DNA of 55,124 nucleotides from Paracoccaceae bacterium (lineage in GTDB: Bacteria > Pseudomonadota > Alphaproteobacteria > Rhodobacterales > Rhodobacteraceae): NCBI GenBank assembly GCA_040904645.1, contig JBBDTD010000044.1, positions 1-55,124 of the forward strand, given 5' to 3'. Made by a program: the position numbers and the translations under genes. Within the stretch, counting starts at the first letter, position 1; each line of letters opens with the position of its first letter. Below, piece by piece: positions 1-9,731 of this stretch. The notes beneath the pieces are model-generated. The model was given only the letters and a program-made list of their open reading frames with translations. It was not told where the DNA came from and made no database searches.

Positions 1-1
1 G

Positions 2-109
2 GTGCGCGACAACGGGTTCAAGGATGTCGTCCGCCGCCATGCGCCGGCGCTCGCCGACCGGTTCAGGGATGCGCGCAACCCGTTCTTCCCCTGGGCGCGG
101 GCGGGCTGA
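2..109 (+). CDS. C-terminal end (5'-partial) of a heme peroxidase / fatty-acid alpha-dioxygenase-like protein
   Basis: Not in ORF track. Frame 2 reads VRDNGFKDVVRRHAPALADRFRDARNPFFPWARAG* (TGA 107-109), resembling the RHxPxL...NxFxPW tail of alpha-dioxygenase-type peroxidases. Only 35 aa are visible. Confidence 0.55.
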   Translation: MRDNGFKDVVRRHAPALADRFRDARNPFFPWARAG

Positions 110-113
110 ACCC

Positions 114-1016
114 ATGGCGATCAGGATCCGCATACCCTGGCTTCTGGACCTCGTGCTGGTCTCCGCGCCGGGCGAGATTCTGACGGCCGCCAACGATCCG
201 GCGCTCGACCGCGCGTTTCGCCCGGGCCGGGGGCCGCTGGTCAACCGCGTCATCGCGCGGAGGCTCGACCGGGGCCTCCGGGCTGGCGGCGTGTCGCTGC
301 CCTCCGCGCGCCGGCGCGAAGATCCAGAGCGACGCGCGGCGAGCGGCGCGCTGGCCGCGCGGCTCGATCCCGCGGGGGCGCCATGGGACGAAGCCGCGCT
401 CGACGCGCTCGCCTCCCACGTTCGCGGCGAGGGCCGCCGACCGGCCGGCGAATTGGCGCAAGAGGCGATCGGGCGTCTTTTCGCGCCGGCATACTGCGCG
501 GACGCGGAGACCTGGCGGGCGGCCCTGTTGATCGACGCCTCTCTGAAAAGCAACAATCCGCTGAGACGCCTGATCTGGTGGGTTACTGGCGCCATCGCCC
601 GCGCCCAGGCCCGGCTGGCGGCGGCTGTGGACGGCGATCCATCGGGCGTTCATGCGACCGGCGTCGCCGTTCACAGTTTCCTTCGCGCTGTGGAGAGTCT
701 GCGGCATGCGTTAGCTGATCGCGAGCGGACCCGCAGCCTGACGGATCGTGGGGTCCTCGGCCGCGCATTGACGGCGCCCGATATGGTGGCGCGGGTCGCC
801 GTCATGGATGCCAGGATCGGCGATGTCGCCGTCGACGAAGGCGTGCTGGTTATCTTGCAGACCTCCGGGGCCGCGGCGCTCTGCGCCGACCGCCGCGTCG
901 TCTTCCTCTCGACGAGTTGGAGCGCCTGCCCGGCCAGCGCGTTGGCGCCGGTGATGCTCGCGCAGATCTGGGAACGGGCGACCAACGCGTCGAAGCGAAC
1001 TGGAGACCACCCATGA
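114..1016 (+). CDS. Hypothetical 300-aa protein with a degenerate cytochrome P450-like C-terminal half
   Basis: ATG 114 lies 4 nt after the upstream stop. APDMVARVAVMDARIGDVAVDEGVLVIL resembles the P450 beta-1 region, and FLSTSWSACPA resembles the Cys pocket. Confidence 0.55.
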   Translation: MAIRIRIPWLLDLVLVSAPGEILTAANDPALDRAFRPGRGPLVNRVIARRLDRGLRAGGVSLPSARRREDPERRAASGALAARLDPAGAPWDEAALDALASHVRGEGRRPAGELAQEAIGRLFAPAYCADAETWRAALLIDASLKSNNPLRRLIWWVTGAIARAQARLAAAVDGDPSGVHATGVAVHSFLRAVESLRHALADRERTRSLTDRGVLGRALTAPDMVARVAVMDARIGDVAVDEGVLVILQTSGAAALCADRRVVFLSTSWSACPASALAPVMLAQIWERATNASKRTGDHP

Positions 1017-1426
1017 TCGAGCCGCTCTCCCTCGCCTCCACTCGCGGCGCCGCGGCGGCGACCCAGGCGGAGGCGCGTTACGCCCTCGGTTTCGCGCTCC
1101 TCGTCGAGGTCCTCGCCGGGCTTGCGATTTTGATCGCGCCGGAATGGGCCGCCGCGCAGGTCGGCGTTGAGGCGGGCGACAGCGCGCGGCTTCTCGGCGC
1201 GCTGCTGATCGGCGTTTCGGTGATGCAGTCCTCGGCGCTCGGCGACCCTGGTCTTGGACGCATCGCCGTCCTTGGCGGCGTCTTCGCGCGCGCGCTGGTC
1301 GGCTTGACCGCGATCCTCGGCGTTGAAGGGCTGAACGCAGTCGGCGCGGTCGAGCTGGTCCTCGCCGCGGCGGTTTACCTCGCCTTTCGCCGCATGATCA
1401 TCGCAACGCTATCCTCACGACCCTGA
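1013..1426 (+). CDS. Small integral membrane protein (about 4 TM segments)
   Basis: ATGA overlap with the previous stop, GGAG upstream, hydrophobic segments throughout. Confidence 0.7.
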   Translation: MIEPLSLASTRGAAAATQAEARYALGFALLVEVLAGLAILIAPEWAAAQVGVEAGDSARLLGALLIGVSVMQSSALGDPGLGRIAVLGGVFARALVGLTAILGVEGLNAVGAVELVLAAAVYLAFRRMIIATLSSRP

Positions 1427-2047
1427 CGGCGGGCAGGCTTTAGGCGGCGGCGTCATTCAAAGAGGGCGCCGGATGCCGGGAATCTGATTCGAGGCCGAAA
1501 ACGGAGACGACCTTGACCGACGCGCAGCAGTCGCGGCGCGCGCGAAGCGCGTCGACATGGCGTGACCCGCCACGTGAACCTGTCGATTGGCGGATAAGAT
1601 CCGCCTGCTTATCGTCCTCCATGCGCCCTCGGATCGCGCAGGTCCGCGCACTGAAACCCGATCCTGAGAGGATAACACGGCGCCAATTGGAGCCCGAGCC
1701 CGAACCTCGCCGCCTCCAAGACTGAGGCCGAGCGCCGGTATCGCTCCTTGCACCCGAAAACCGTTGCCGCGCGCCGCCGAACCGGGGCGTCTGTCAAAGA
1801 TCAGACGGCGCGTGGATCATCCTCGACGATGGACGCCAGCTGCGATCAGGAAAGACGGACAATTCCGGGGCCTGGCTCGCCTTCAAGGTTTGAAAGGAGC
1901 GCCGCGAGCGCCTGAGGCGGTCCATCGCCAGCGCAACCTCGAATTCCAGCGCCGGCCGCGCGATATCGCGGAGCGCAAAAATGACCAATCGTTGCGGGTC
2001 TCAGTGCGCGGCGAGATTGGCGCTTTTGGGAAACCCCTTTGGGATCA

Positions 2048-2122
<75 letters not shown>

Positions 2123-2205
2123 CTGAACGCAACTGGCGCGCGGCGGGTTTTCGGCGAAAGCGGGCGGAAATGCAAGCCCTGCGCGGAGGGTATTCTTTCT
2201 GGCGT

Positions 2206-3069
2206 TCAGCGGTCGCTGTCGGGGGCCCGCCGCCATGTGGAGACGGGCGCGGACTCGGGCCTGGCGGCGCGCTCCGGCGGCGGCGAGGCTGGAGATTCGG
2301 CGGACAGTTGCGGAACCTCGCCAATCTGACGAGAGGCGCTGGGCGCGTCCATGTCCTGAAGCGCGGCGCGGGCCATGCCTGCGGTGGGGCTTGTTGGCGC
2401 GGCGGTGATCGTGGCGAGGAAAGCGGCGCGCGCGGCTTCATGCGCGCCAAGATCCGCCTCCGCCATACCCAGCTCCAGCCGCGCTGGCGCGTGGTCCGGC
2501 TCCAGATCGAGAGCGCGAAGAGCGTCGCGCCTGGCGTTCGCCGGATCGCCCAGCCGGCGGCGCGCGGCGGCGCGGAGCGCCAGCGTTTCCGCGTCATCGG
2601 GGCGGAGCCGCAGCGCGGAGTCGAGATCGAGCTTCGCGCCGGCAAAATCATCAGCTTCGGCCGAGAGCGCGGCGCGTTCGACCAGTACCCCCGCGCCGGC
2701 CACGCCGCCGCCCGCGGCCCGATGCGCGGCGTCGAGGGCGCGGCGGGCCGCGGCGCGGTCGCCTTCGCGCCGATAGAGCGACCCGGCCTGCGTCAACACC
2801 GCGGCGCGTTCCTCCGCGCCAAGCTCCGGCGCGCCGGCGAGCGCCTCCAGCTTCTCCGCCGCCGTCCGGTCCGCGCCGAGCGCGGCCAGGGCCTGGGCCT
2901 CGCAATGGAGGGCGCCGAGCGCGCCGGAAACGCTGAACCACGCCGCCGCCTCGTTCCGCGCCCGCTCGGCGTCGCGCTCGGCCAATGCGATGCAGTCAGC
3001 GTAGTTGGAGACCGCACCGGCCGCTGCGGGCGCCAGAAAGAAAAGAAAGCCGATCAATGCTCGCATCAT
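2206..3069 (-). CDS. Secreted tetratricopeptide-repeat protein
   Basis: Signal peptide MMRALIGFLFFLAPAAAGA, GGAGG RBS, TPR-like helices (LDSALRLRPDDAETL, ALDLEPDHAPARL). Confidence 0.8.
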   Translation of the reverse strand: MMRALIGFLFFLAPAAAGAVSNYADCIALAERDAERARNEAAAWFSVSGALGALHCEAQALAALGADRTAAEKLEALAGAPELGAEERAAVLTQAGSLYRREGDRAAARRALDAAHRAAGGGVAGAGVLVERAALSAEADDFAGAKLDLDSALRLRPDDAETLALRAAARRRLGDPANARRDALRALDLEPDHAPARLELGMAEADLGAHEAARAAFLATITAAPTSPTAGMARAALQDMDAPSASRQIGEVPQLSAESPASPPPERAARPESAPVSTWRRAPDSDR

Positions 3070-3123
3070 TACCTGCCTCCGCGTTATGCAGGGGTATCCT
3101 ATCCGCTTCGGAGGAACGACCCA

Positions 3124-3981
3124 ATGGCCACTCTTCTTTGCGCCGGATTCGGCTATTCGGCCCGCGCGCTGGCGCAGCGATTGCTGGCGCGAGGCTGGCG
3201 CGTGATCGGCACGATACGCGACCCCGGCGCGGCGGCTGGGGTGGAAGCGGCTGGCGCCGAGCCGGTATTGTGGCCGCCAGCGCCCGCCATCGTCACCGAG
3301 GCGACGCATCTTCTGGTCTCGGCGGCGCCGGAGGAGGCGGGCGATCCTACGCTGCGCGCCATCGGCCCGGCGCTTGGCGCCAGCGCCAGGCTTGAATGGG
3401 TCGGATATCTCTCCACCACCGGTGTCTATGGCGACCGGGGCGGCGAGTGGGTGGGGGAGGGCGACCCGCTCGACCCGGCGACGCGTCGGGGCGAGCTGCG
3501 CGTTCGCGCCGAGGCCGAGTGGCGGGCGACCGAGCTGCCGCTGCAGATCTTTCGTCTTGCGGGGATCTACGGCCCGGGGCGCGGCCCGTTCAAGAAGCTG
3601 AGGGACGGCAGCGCGCGGCGAATCGTCAAGCCGGGGCAGGTGTTCAGCCGGGTTCACCGCGACGATATCGCGGCGGCGTTGGTCGCTTCCATCGACAGGC
3701 CGAATCCCGGCGCCATCTATAATGTCTGCGACAATCTTCCGGCGGCGCCGGAGGATGTGATCGGGCACGCGGCCGAGCTGCTGGGGATGACGCCTCCGGC
3801 GCCCGTGCCTTTCGGGGATGCCGAGATGACGCCCGTGGCCCGCAGCTTCTATTCCGAATCGAAGCGCGTCTCAAACCGACGGTTGCGCAATGAGCTTGGC
3901 GTGACCCTGGCCTATCCGACCTACCGCGAGGGGTTGGCGGCGACGTTGGCGGAGGAGAAGGCCCTGAGCCTCGATTCTTAA
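3124..3981 (+). CDS. NAD-dependent epimerase/dehydratase (atypical SDR)
   Basis: GFGYSA Rossmann start, YLSTTGVYGD, RLAGIYGPGR, FSRVHRDDIA. Confidence 0.88.
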   Translation: MATLLCAGFGYSARALAQRLLARGWRVIGTIRDPGAAAGVEAAGAEPVLWPPAPAIVTEATHLLVSAAPEEAGDPTLRAIGPALGASARLEWVGYLSTTGVYGDRGGEWVGEGDPLDPATRRGELRVRAEAEWRATELPLQIFRLAGIYGPGRGPFKKLRDGSARRIVKPGQVFSRVHRDDIAAALVASIDRPNPGAIYNVCDNLPAAPEDVIGHAAELLGMTPPAPVPFGDAEMTPVARSFYSESKRVSNRRLRNELGVTLAYPTYREGLAATLAEEKALSLDS

Positions 3982-4760
3982 CCCAACCGCCTCAGCGTCG
4001 CTTCGCCGGCGCGCATCTGGCCCCCGGCGCGGTCGAAGCGCAGATGCGCCAGCGCCTCCGGCCCGGCCACTGTATGGAGCACGCCGGCTGGTTTTCCCTC
4101 CGCCTCGATTGGCGCGCCGGGCGAGGCGGCGCCGTCAATGGCGACGCGGGCGAGGCCCTTTTTCAGTTCGGTCTTGTGCTTCATCCGGGCGGTGACTTCC
4201 TGCCCGACATAGCAACCCTTGCGGAAATCGACGCCATGGAGGCGCTCGAACCCCGCCTCGAGGATATAACTCTCATCCGGGATCAACTCGATCCCGGTCT
4301 CAGGCACCAGAAGGGCGACGCGGCGCGCGTCGATTTCCGCCCTGCTCGCCAGCACGGCGCCTTGCGGCGGGGCGGCGGCGTAGAGCCTCCAGCCGAGGTC
4401 CGGATGCCGCGGATCCGGGCGCGATCCCTCCGGCCTCTCACCGCCCCAGCAAAGCGTGATCGCGGAGTCGCGGGCGGAAATCTCGACCTTCCTGCGGAGC
4501 CGGTACATTGAAAGCCGCTGCGCCAACGCCGCCGCGCGGTTGGCGGCGACGTCGATGAAGAGCGCGCCGTCGGGTTCTTTCCCCACGAAGAAATCAAAAA
4601 GATATTTTCCCTGCGGGGTCAGAAGCGCAGCGTAGACCAGGTTTTCATCCGTCAGGCGATCCAGATCGTTGGTCACGAGGTCCTGGAGGAAATCGTGGGC
4701 GTCGTCTCCTGCGATCCGCAGGAGGGCGCGGCTTTTATCCTGGAACCAGGTCGCTGTCAT
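3978..4760 (-). CDS. ygfZ: Folate-binding Fe-S cluster maturation protein, YgfZ/GcvT family
   Basis: KGCYVGQE signature, LLTPQGK. Confidence 0.92.
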   Translation of the reverse strand: MTATWFQDKSRALLRIAGDDAHDFLQDLVTNDLDRLTDENLVYAALLTPQGKYLFDFFVGKEPDGALFIDVAANRAAALAQRLSMYRLRRKVEISARDSAITLCWGGERPEGSRPDPRHPDLGWRLYAAAPPQGAVLASRAEIDARRVALLVPETGIELIPDESYILEAGFERLHGVDFRKGCYVGQEVTARMKHKTELKKGLARVAIDGAASPGAPIEAEGKPAGVLHTVAGPEALAHLRFDRAGGQMRAGEATLRRLG

Positions 4761-5323
4761 GGCTGATACGCTTTCAGATACTCGGAAAAGGCGCCGAGCG
4801 TCAGCCGCCAGCGCCGGTGAGTGGCCTGCAGGTTCTTGGCGGTCACCCCGCCATCGACCACCACGTTCATCTGCAAGGCGATCCCGCCCAGCTCATCGCG
4901 CCACGCCTTGCCGAAATGATAGACATCGTTCCAGCGGTTGGCGATTTCCGCATCTTCGCTTGACGCCGGCACGGACGCATAGGCGCGATATTCGAAGCTG
5001 AGACAGGCGCTGTCCAGCCCCGCCGGGTCGGCGAAGGCGGCGCCGTCGCATTCATAGAAGAAAATTTCGTAAGGCATCGCCGGCCGGGCGAGCCAGGCCT
5101 GAACGTTGAACTTGTGCGCGGCGGCGCTGACCGGGTTTGGGGGCTCGGCGCTTCGAAGGACCGCATCGCCGGTGGAAAGGTCGGGCGTGAAGGCCGCATC
5201 GCCATCCGTGAGCACGTCGCGCAGCATTCGCGGCGACATTGAATGATGGAGCGTTTCCGCCGCGGCGGGCGCGCAGCCGAGTACAATCATCGCTAGCACC
5301 GCGATAACGCGCGTCTGACTCAC
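4757..5323 (-). CDS. YbjN-domain exported protein
   Basis: GTG start inferred. Signal peptide, FYEC...C, ANRWN...FGKAW...DGGVT pattern. Confidence 0.65.
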   Translation of the reverse strand: MSQTRVIAVLAMIVLGCAPAAAETLHHSMSPRMLRDVLTDGDAAFTPDLSTGDAVLRSAEPPNPVSAAAHKFNVQAWLARPAMPYEIFFYECDGAAFADPAGLDSACLSFEYRAYASVPASSEDAEIANRWNDVYHFGKAWRDELGGIALQMNVVVDGGVTAKNLQATHRRWRLTLGAFSEYLKAYQP

Positions 5324-5525
5324 CCGAGCCCCCTGAGCAGAATTCGCACCATGAGCGCCCAATCTATCACGGCCACAGCCGATGTCGCCCCGCCCGGCGC
5401 CGAAATCACGCGCATGTGGCGCCGCCGCCCACCCCGTGGCGCCGCCGCCCACCTCTCTGCTACGATACTGCTTGCAAGAGGCGTGCGCCACGTCGACACT
5501 GCCGCCGCTAGAAGAGGAGCGCACC

Positions 5526-6293
5526 ATGTCATCAACTGTCTTTCGCCATCCGACGACCCACAACGACCCGCATGGCGAGCTTCGCGCCGATCTCGCGGCG
5601 GCCTTCCGGTGGACGGTGCGGATGAATTGGCATGAGGGGGTCTCCAACCATTTCTCCGCCGTCGTTGACGACAGCGGCGCGAAATTCCTGATGAACCGCG
5701 ACCAGATTCATTTCAGCAGGGTCTCTGCGTCCAACCTGCTGCTGCTGGACGCCAACGACCCCGAGGCCATGAACGGCCCAGACGCGCCTGATCCGACCGC
5801 ATGGGCGCTTCACGGGGCGCTTCATCGCCGGGTGCCGCATGCCCGCGTCGCGATGCATGTTCATTCGAAATACGCCACCGTCCTGGCCTGTCTTGCTGAC
5901 AGTTCGATGCCTGCGCTCGAACAGAACAGCGCCATGTTCCATGATCGGGTGGTGATCGACGACAGTTACGGTGGCCTCGCCTTCGACGAAGAAGGCGAAC
6001 GCTGCGCCGCGCTCTTCACCGATCCGAAGAAGAAGGTGATGGTGATGGGCAATCACGGCGTGATGATTATCGGCGACACGGTCGCCGATACGCTGAACCG
6101 GCTCTATTTCTTCGAACGCGCCGCGGAGACGCTGATCACGGCCTACATGACGCAGCGCCCGCTAAGGTTCCTGTCGGACGAGGTCGCGGAGAGTGTGGCG
6201 AGGGAGACTGAAAACTATCCGGGACAGGCCGAGCGTCATATGGCGGAGATCAAGTTGATCCTCGACAAGACCGAGCCGGACTACGCCGACTGA
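5526..6293 (+). CDS. Class II aldolase/adducin family protein
   Basis: NHFS, HVHS and MGNHG metal-binding motifs; GAGGAG RBS. Confidence 0.88.
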   Translation: MSSTVFRHPTTHNDPHGELRADLAAAFRWTVRMNWHEGVSNHFSAVVDDSGAKFLMNRDQIHFSRVSASNLLLLDANDPEAMNGPDAPDPTAWALHGALHRRVPHARVAMHVHSKYATVLACLADSSMPALEQNSAMFHDRVVIDDSYGGLAFDEEGERCAALFTDPKKKVMVMGNHGVMIIGDTVADTLNRLYFFERAAETLITAYMTQRPLRFLSDEVAESVARETENYPGQAERHMAEIKLILDKTEPDYAD

Positions 6294-6406
6294 ACATGGG
6301 CGACGTCTACGCCAACGGCGCGGAGATATCAGGCCCGCGCCCGGCGATCTCGGCTGGCCGCCGAAGGTGACGGGGCCAGCTGGGGCCTCCCGGTTCGCGA
6401 GCGGGG

Positions 6407-7162
6407 CTATGATCTGGATTTCGGAGGCCGAAAAGCCAGCCAGCCGGTCATCGCCGCCCAAATGGACGCCAAAGTCCCCCATGTCAGCGCATATTCAAGG
6501 TGGTTGTTCGGCACGTTGACAGCCTCGATCGGTTGGGGGATCGGCCAGTCGCCGACGGCTGTCGAGGTTTCTGCGACGATGAGAACGGGCTCGGCGTTGA
6601 AAAGCCGGGCCATCTCGTCGAGATCGCGCATTGTCCAGACATTGTCGTTCACACCATAGGCCCCGCCGCCGCCCTCGTCGGGCCAGCGAAGCGCTCCGAT
6701 GATCGTGAGGTTTCCCTGTGGCGCCGGGGTTGGTTTCGACGCGGCGCCGTTTTCGTTCTTTTCCGAAATGGGGACATAGCCGCGGTCGATCATGATTCGG
6801 CGGCCGTCTTCGGTCTCGAAAGGCTGGATCACCCGGTATCCGGGCCCTTGTGGGCGCATCGAGGTGAGGAGCGGCGCATCGGCGAAGCCATGCGCCCCGA
6901 TAACGCCGTCCAAACGACCGCTGACCACGACGCGGGAAAATTCCTGAACTGCAGGGTCAAAGCTGGCGGGCAGCGGCGTGGGCGCGGCGGAAAGACGCGC
7001 CTCGAGCGTGCCGATCACGCTCTCTTTCCACGCCAGCCGCTGCATTTGCCAGACGCAGAGGCCGATCAGCACCGCGACGCCAAGCGCGCCGAAGGCGATG
7101 AAGCTGCGTCGCCGGAAATGAGAAGGGCGGCCGGAGCCGCCCTTTTCAGTGTCTCTGCGCAT
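6407..7162 (-). CDS. surf1: SURF1 family cytochrome oxidase assembly protein
   Basis: WQMQRLAWK, DRGYVP, NNHLEYALTW; follows ctaE. Confidence 0.9.
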   Translation of the reverse strand: MRRDTEKGGSGRPSHFRRRSFIAFGALGVAVLIGLCVWQMQRLAWKESVIGTLEARLSAAPTPLPASFDPAVQEFSRVVVSGRLDGVIGAHGFADAPLLTSMRPQGPGYRVIQPFETEDGRRIMIDRGYVPISEKNENGAASKPTPAPQGNLTIIGALRWPDEGGGGAYGVNDNVWTMRDLDEMARLFNAEPVLIVAETSTAVGDWPIPQPIEAVNVPNNHLEYALTWGTLASIWAAMTGWLAFRPPKSRS

Positions 7163-7168
7163 CGGAGG

Positions 7169-7972
7169 TCAGCCGCCCCAGATATAGATGCAGAGGAAAA
7201 GAAAGAGCCACACCACGTCGACGAAGTGCCAGTACCAGACCGCCGCCTCGAAGCCGAGATGCTTCTGCGGCGTGAAATCGCCCCGGATCGCCCTGAGATA
7301 GCAGACGAACAGGAAGATCGTGCCGATGATGACGTGGAAGCCGTGAAAGCCGGTCGCCATGAAGAAATTGGCGCCATAGATGTTGCCGGAAAATCCGAAC
7401 GCCGCATGGCCGTATTCATACGCTTGGGTGATCGTGAAGAGCACGCCGAGCAGCACGGCGATCAGGAGCCCCCATTTCAGCCCGTCCCGGTCATCTTCCT
7501 GCACCGCGTGATGCGCCCAGGTCGCTGCACAGCCGGAGGTCAGCAGAATCAGCGTGTTGATCAGCGGCAGATGCCAGGGGTCAAACGTCTCGATCCCGAC
7601 CGGCGGCCACTGCGCGGCGAGGATATCGACGCCCTCGATCTGCCCCATCGGATAGATCGCATGCTTGAAGAAAGACCAGAACCAGGCCGCGAAGAACATC
7701 ACCTCCGAGGTGATGAACATGATCACGCCATAGCGCAGGCCGATGGAAACCACCGGTGTATGATCGCCGGCATGGCTTTCCGCGATCACTTCCGACCACC
7801 AGCCGTACATGGTGTAGAGCACACCGATCAGCCCGATGATCGCGACATAGGGCGTGACATCGTGGAAAAGCAGCACAAGCCCGAAAAGCATCACGAAGGC
7901 GCTGACAGCGCCCAGGAACGGCCAGATGCTTGGCGCGAGGATATGGTAGTCGTGGTTCTTCTCGTGGGCCAT
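7169..7972 (-). CDS. ctaE: Cytochrome c oxidase subunit III
   Basis: [34 protein letters not shown]. Confidence 0.97.
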   Translation of the reverse strand: MAHEKNHDYHILAPSIWPFLGAVSAFVMLFGLVLLFHDVTPYVAIIGLIGVLYTMYGWWSEVIAESHAGDHTPVVSIGLRYGVIMFITSEVMFFAAWFWSFFKHAIYPMGQIEGVDILAAQWPPVGIETFDPWHLPLINTLILLTSGCAATWAHHAVQEDDRDGLKWGLLIAVLLGVLFTITQAYEYGHAAFGFSGNIYGANFFMATGFHGFHVIIGTIFLFVCYLRAIRGDFTPQKHLGFEAAVWYWHFVDVVWLFLFLCIYIWGG

Positions 7973-8001
7973 GATATCCCCCTTTGCGGCTCGCGCCTTA
8001 T

Positions 8002-8580
8002 TCACCCGGCCGGGTCGGTTTCGTCAACGCCGATTAACGTCGCGCCCTTCGGCACGTCGGTCTCGTGGAAAGTATAGGAAAGCGTAATGGTGTGAGCCAG
8101 TTTCGCTTCCTCGTCATCGACAATTTCAGGGTCGACGAAGAAAGTCACCGGCATCAGCACTGTCTCACCCGGCGCCAGAACCTGCTCGGTGAAGCAGAAG
8201 CACTCGATCTTGGTGAAATATCCGCCGGCCGAGAACGGCGTCACGTTGTAGCTCGCCGTTCCGGCGATCGTGCGCGCGGTGGGATTCGTCGCCTCGTAGA
8301 ACGCCAGGCCGGTCTCGCCGATGCGAATCTTCATCTGCGTCTCGACGGGGCGGAACCGCCACGGCATGTCGCGGTCGGTGGAGGCGTCGAATCTGATCGT
8401 GATCTCGCGATCGAGGATCTTATCGGCGCCGCTTTCGGCGCGGGCGGTGGTTCCGGCGTAACCGGTGACACGGCAGAAGAGATCGTACAGCGGCACCGCC
8501 GCGAAACTCATGCCGAGCATGAATACGCCAAGGCCGGCGAGGCCGACAAGCGTCTTTCGATTGCGGTGGTTCGGGGTCAC
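8002..8580 (-). CDS. ctaG: Cytochrome c oxidase copper assembly protein CtaG/Cox11
   Basis: [12 protein letters not shown] and KIECFCF motifs. Confidence 0.95.
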   Translation of the reverse strand: MTPNHRNRKTLVGLAGLGVFMLGMSFAAVPLYDLFCRVTGYAGTTARAESGADKILDREITIRFDASTDRDMPWRFRPVETQMKIRIGETGLAFYEATNPTARTIAGTASYNVTPFSAGGYFTKIECFCFTEQVLAPGETVLMPVTFFVDPEIVDDEEAKLAHTITLSYTFHETDVPKGATLIGVDETDPAG

Positions 8581-8741
8581 TCGCTCTGGCTCCAGCTCAT
8601 TTCCGGCTTGACCGCGTTCGCGCCGAGCTTGGCGATGGTGACGCCGAAAAGCAGCGCGACGAAGGCCAGCAGCACGGCGCCGAGCGCCAGATTGCGCCCG
8701 CGGCGGCGGCGGTGGAGGTCATGCTCTTCGCGGCCGATCAT
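8577..8741 (-). CDS. 54-aa single-TM small protein of the cta operon (CoxF-like)
   Basis: Below the ORF-track cutoff: [54 protein letters not shown]. It overlaps the ctaB stop (ATGA) and the ctaG start (GTGA). Confidence 0.82.
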   Translation of the reverse strand: MIGREEHDLHRRRRGRNLALGAVLLAFVALLFGVTIAKLGANAVKPEMSWSQSE

Positions 8742-9697
8742 GAGATCAGCCAGGGCAGGGACTGGGAGAGCCCGGCCGACTTCAGCGCCGCTTCAAGCGC
8801 GAGGGCGCAGAAAATCAGGAAAAGCCAGAGGATCGAGAATTTGAAGAGGCGCTTCTCGGCCCGGTGTCCGTCAGCTTCGGCCGTCGCTTCGGCGCGGAAC
8901 CCGACGATCACCGCGAGGCGCAGGAACCAAAGGGAGAGCGCGCCGGCGATGACGAGATAGACGACGCCGCCGATCGAGGTGAAGGCGGGCGCGATCGCGA
9001 CAGCGAGAAGCGCCAGCGCATAGACGAATATCTGCCGCCGCGTGGCTTGCGGCCCGGCGACGACCGGCATCATCGGAACAGCCGCGCGCTCATAATCGCC
9101 GTTGCGGTAGAGCGCGAGCGCCCAGAAATGCGGCGGTGTCCAGAGAAAGATGATGGCGAACATCAGAATCGGCTCGATCGAGACGCCGCCCGTGGCGACC
9201 GCCCAACCGAGCATCGGCGGAAAAGCGCCGGCGGCGCCGCCGATGACGATGTTCTGCGGCGTCGAGCGCTTCAGCCACATCGAATAGATCACCGCGTAGA
9301 AAAAGATCGTGAAAGCGAGGATCGCCGCCGAAAGCCAGTTCGCAAACAGCCCGAGCATCGGCACCGAAAGCAGCGAAAGACCGACGCCGACCGCCAGAGC
9401 CTCCCCCGGCGTGATGCGCCCAGACGGTATCGGCCGGTTTCGGGTGCGGGCCATCTTCACGTCGATATCGGCGTCCCACCACATGTTGAGCGCGCCCGAA
9501 GCCCCGGCCCCGACGGCGATGCAGATGATCGAGGCGAGGGCGATCATCGGATGCACCGGAACCGGCGCGACCACGAGGCCGACAAGCGCGGTGAAGATCA
9601 CCAGCGACATGACGCGCGGCTTCAGGAGTTCGAAGTAGTCTCCGAACTCCGCGTCACGCGGGGCATTTCCGCCATCAATTTCAAGCACGCTGGCCAT
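8738..9697 (-). CDS. ctaB: Heme o synthase (protoheme IX farnesyltransferase)
   Basis: [37 protein letters not shown]. Confidence 0.96.
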   Translation of the reverse strand: MASVLEIDGGNAPRDAEFGDYFELLKPRVMSLVIFTALVGLVVAPVPVHPMIALASIICIAVGAGASGALNMWWDADIDVKMARTRNRPIPSGRITPGEALAVGVGLSLLSVPMLGLFANWLSAAILAFTIFFYAVIYSMWLKRSTPQNIVIGGAAGAFPPMLGWAVATGGVSIEPILMFAIIFLWTPPHFWALALYRNGDYERAAVPMMPVVAGPQATRRQIFVYALALLAVAIAPAFTSIGGVVYLVIAGALSLWFLRLAVIVGFRAEATAEADGHRAEKRLFKFSILWLFLIFCALALEAALKSAGLSQSLPWLIS

Positions 9698-9731
9698 TGG
9701 CTGGCTTCACCGATCCTTCAACTCGTAAGTT

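Noticed and set aside
1790-1895. Peptide SDGAWIILDDGRQL vaguely resembling an aminotransferase N-terminus
   Set aside because: Too short, with no start codon or continuation to support a pseudogene call.
2170-3768. Long N-terminal extensions on the 603-aa and 520-aa ORFs
   Set aside because: Each extension is the antisense of the divergent neighbour; the true starts are 3124 (+) and 3069 (-).
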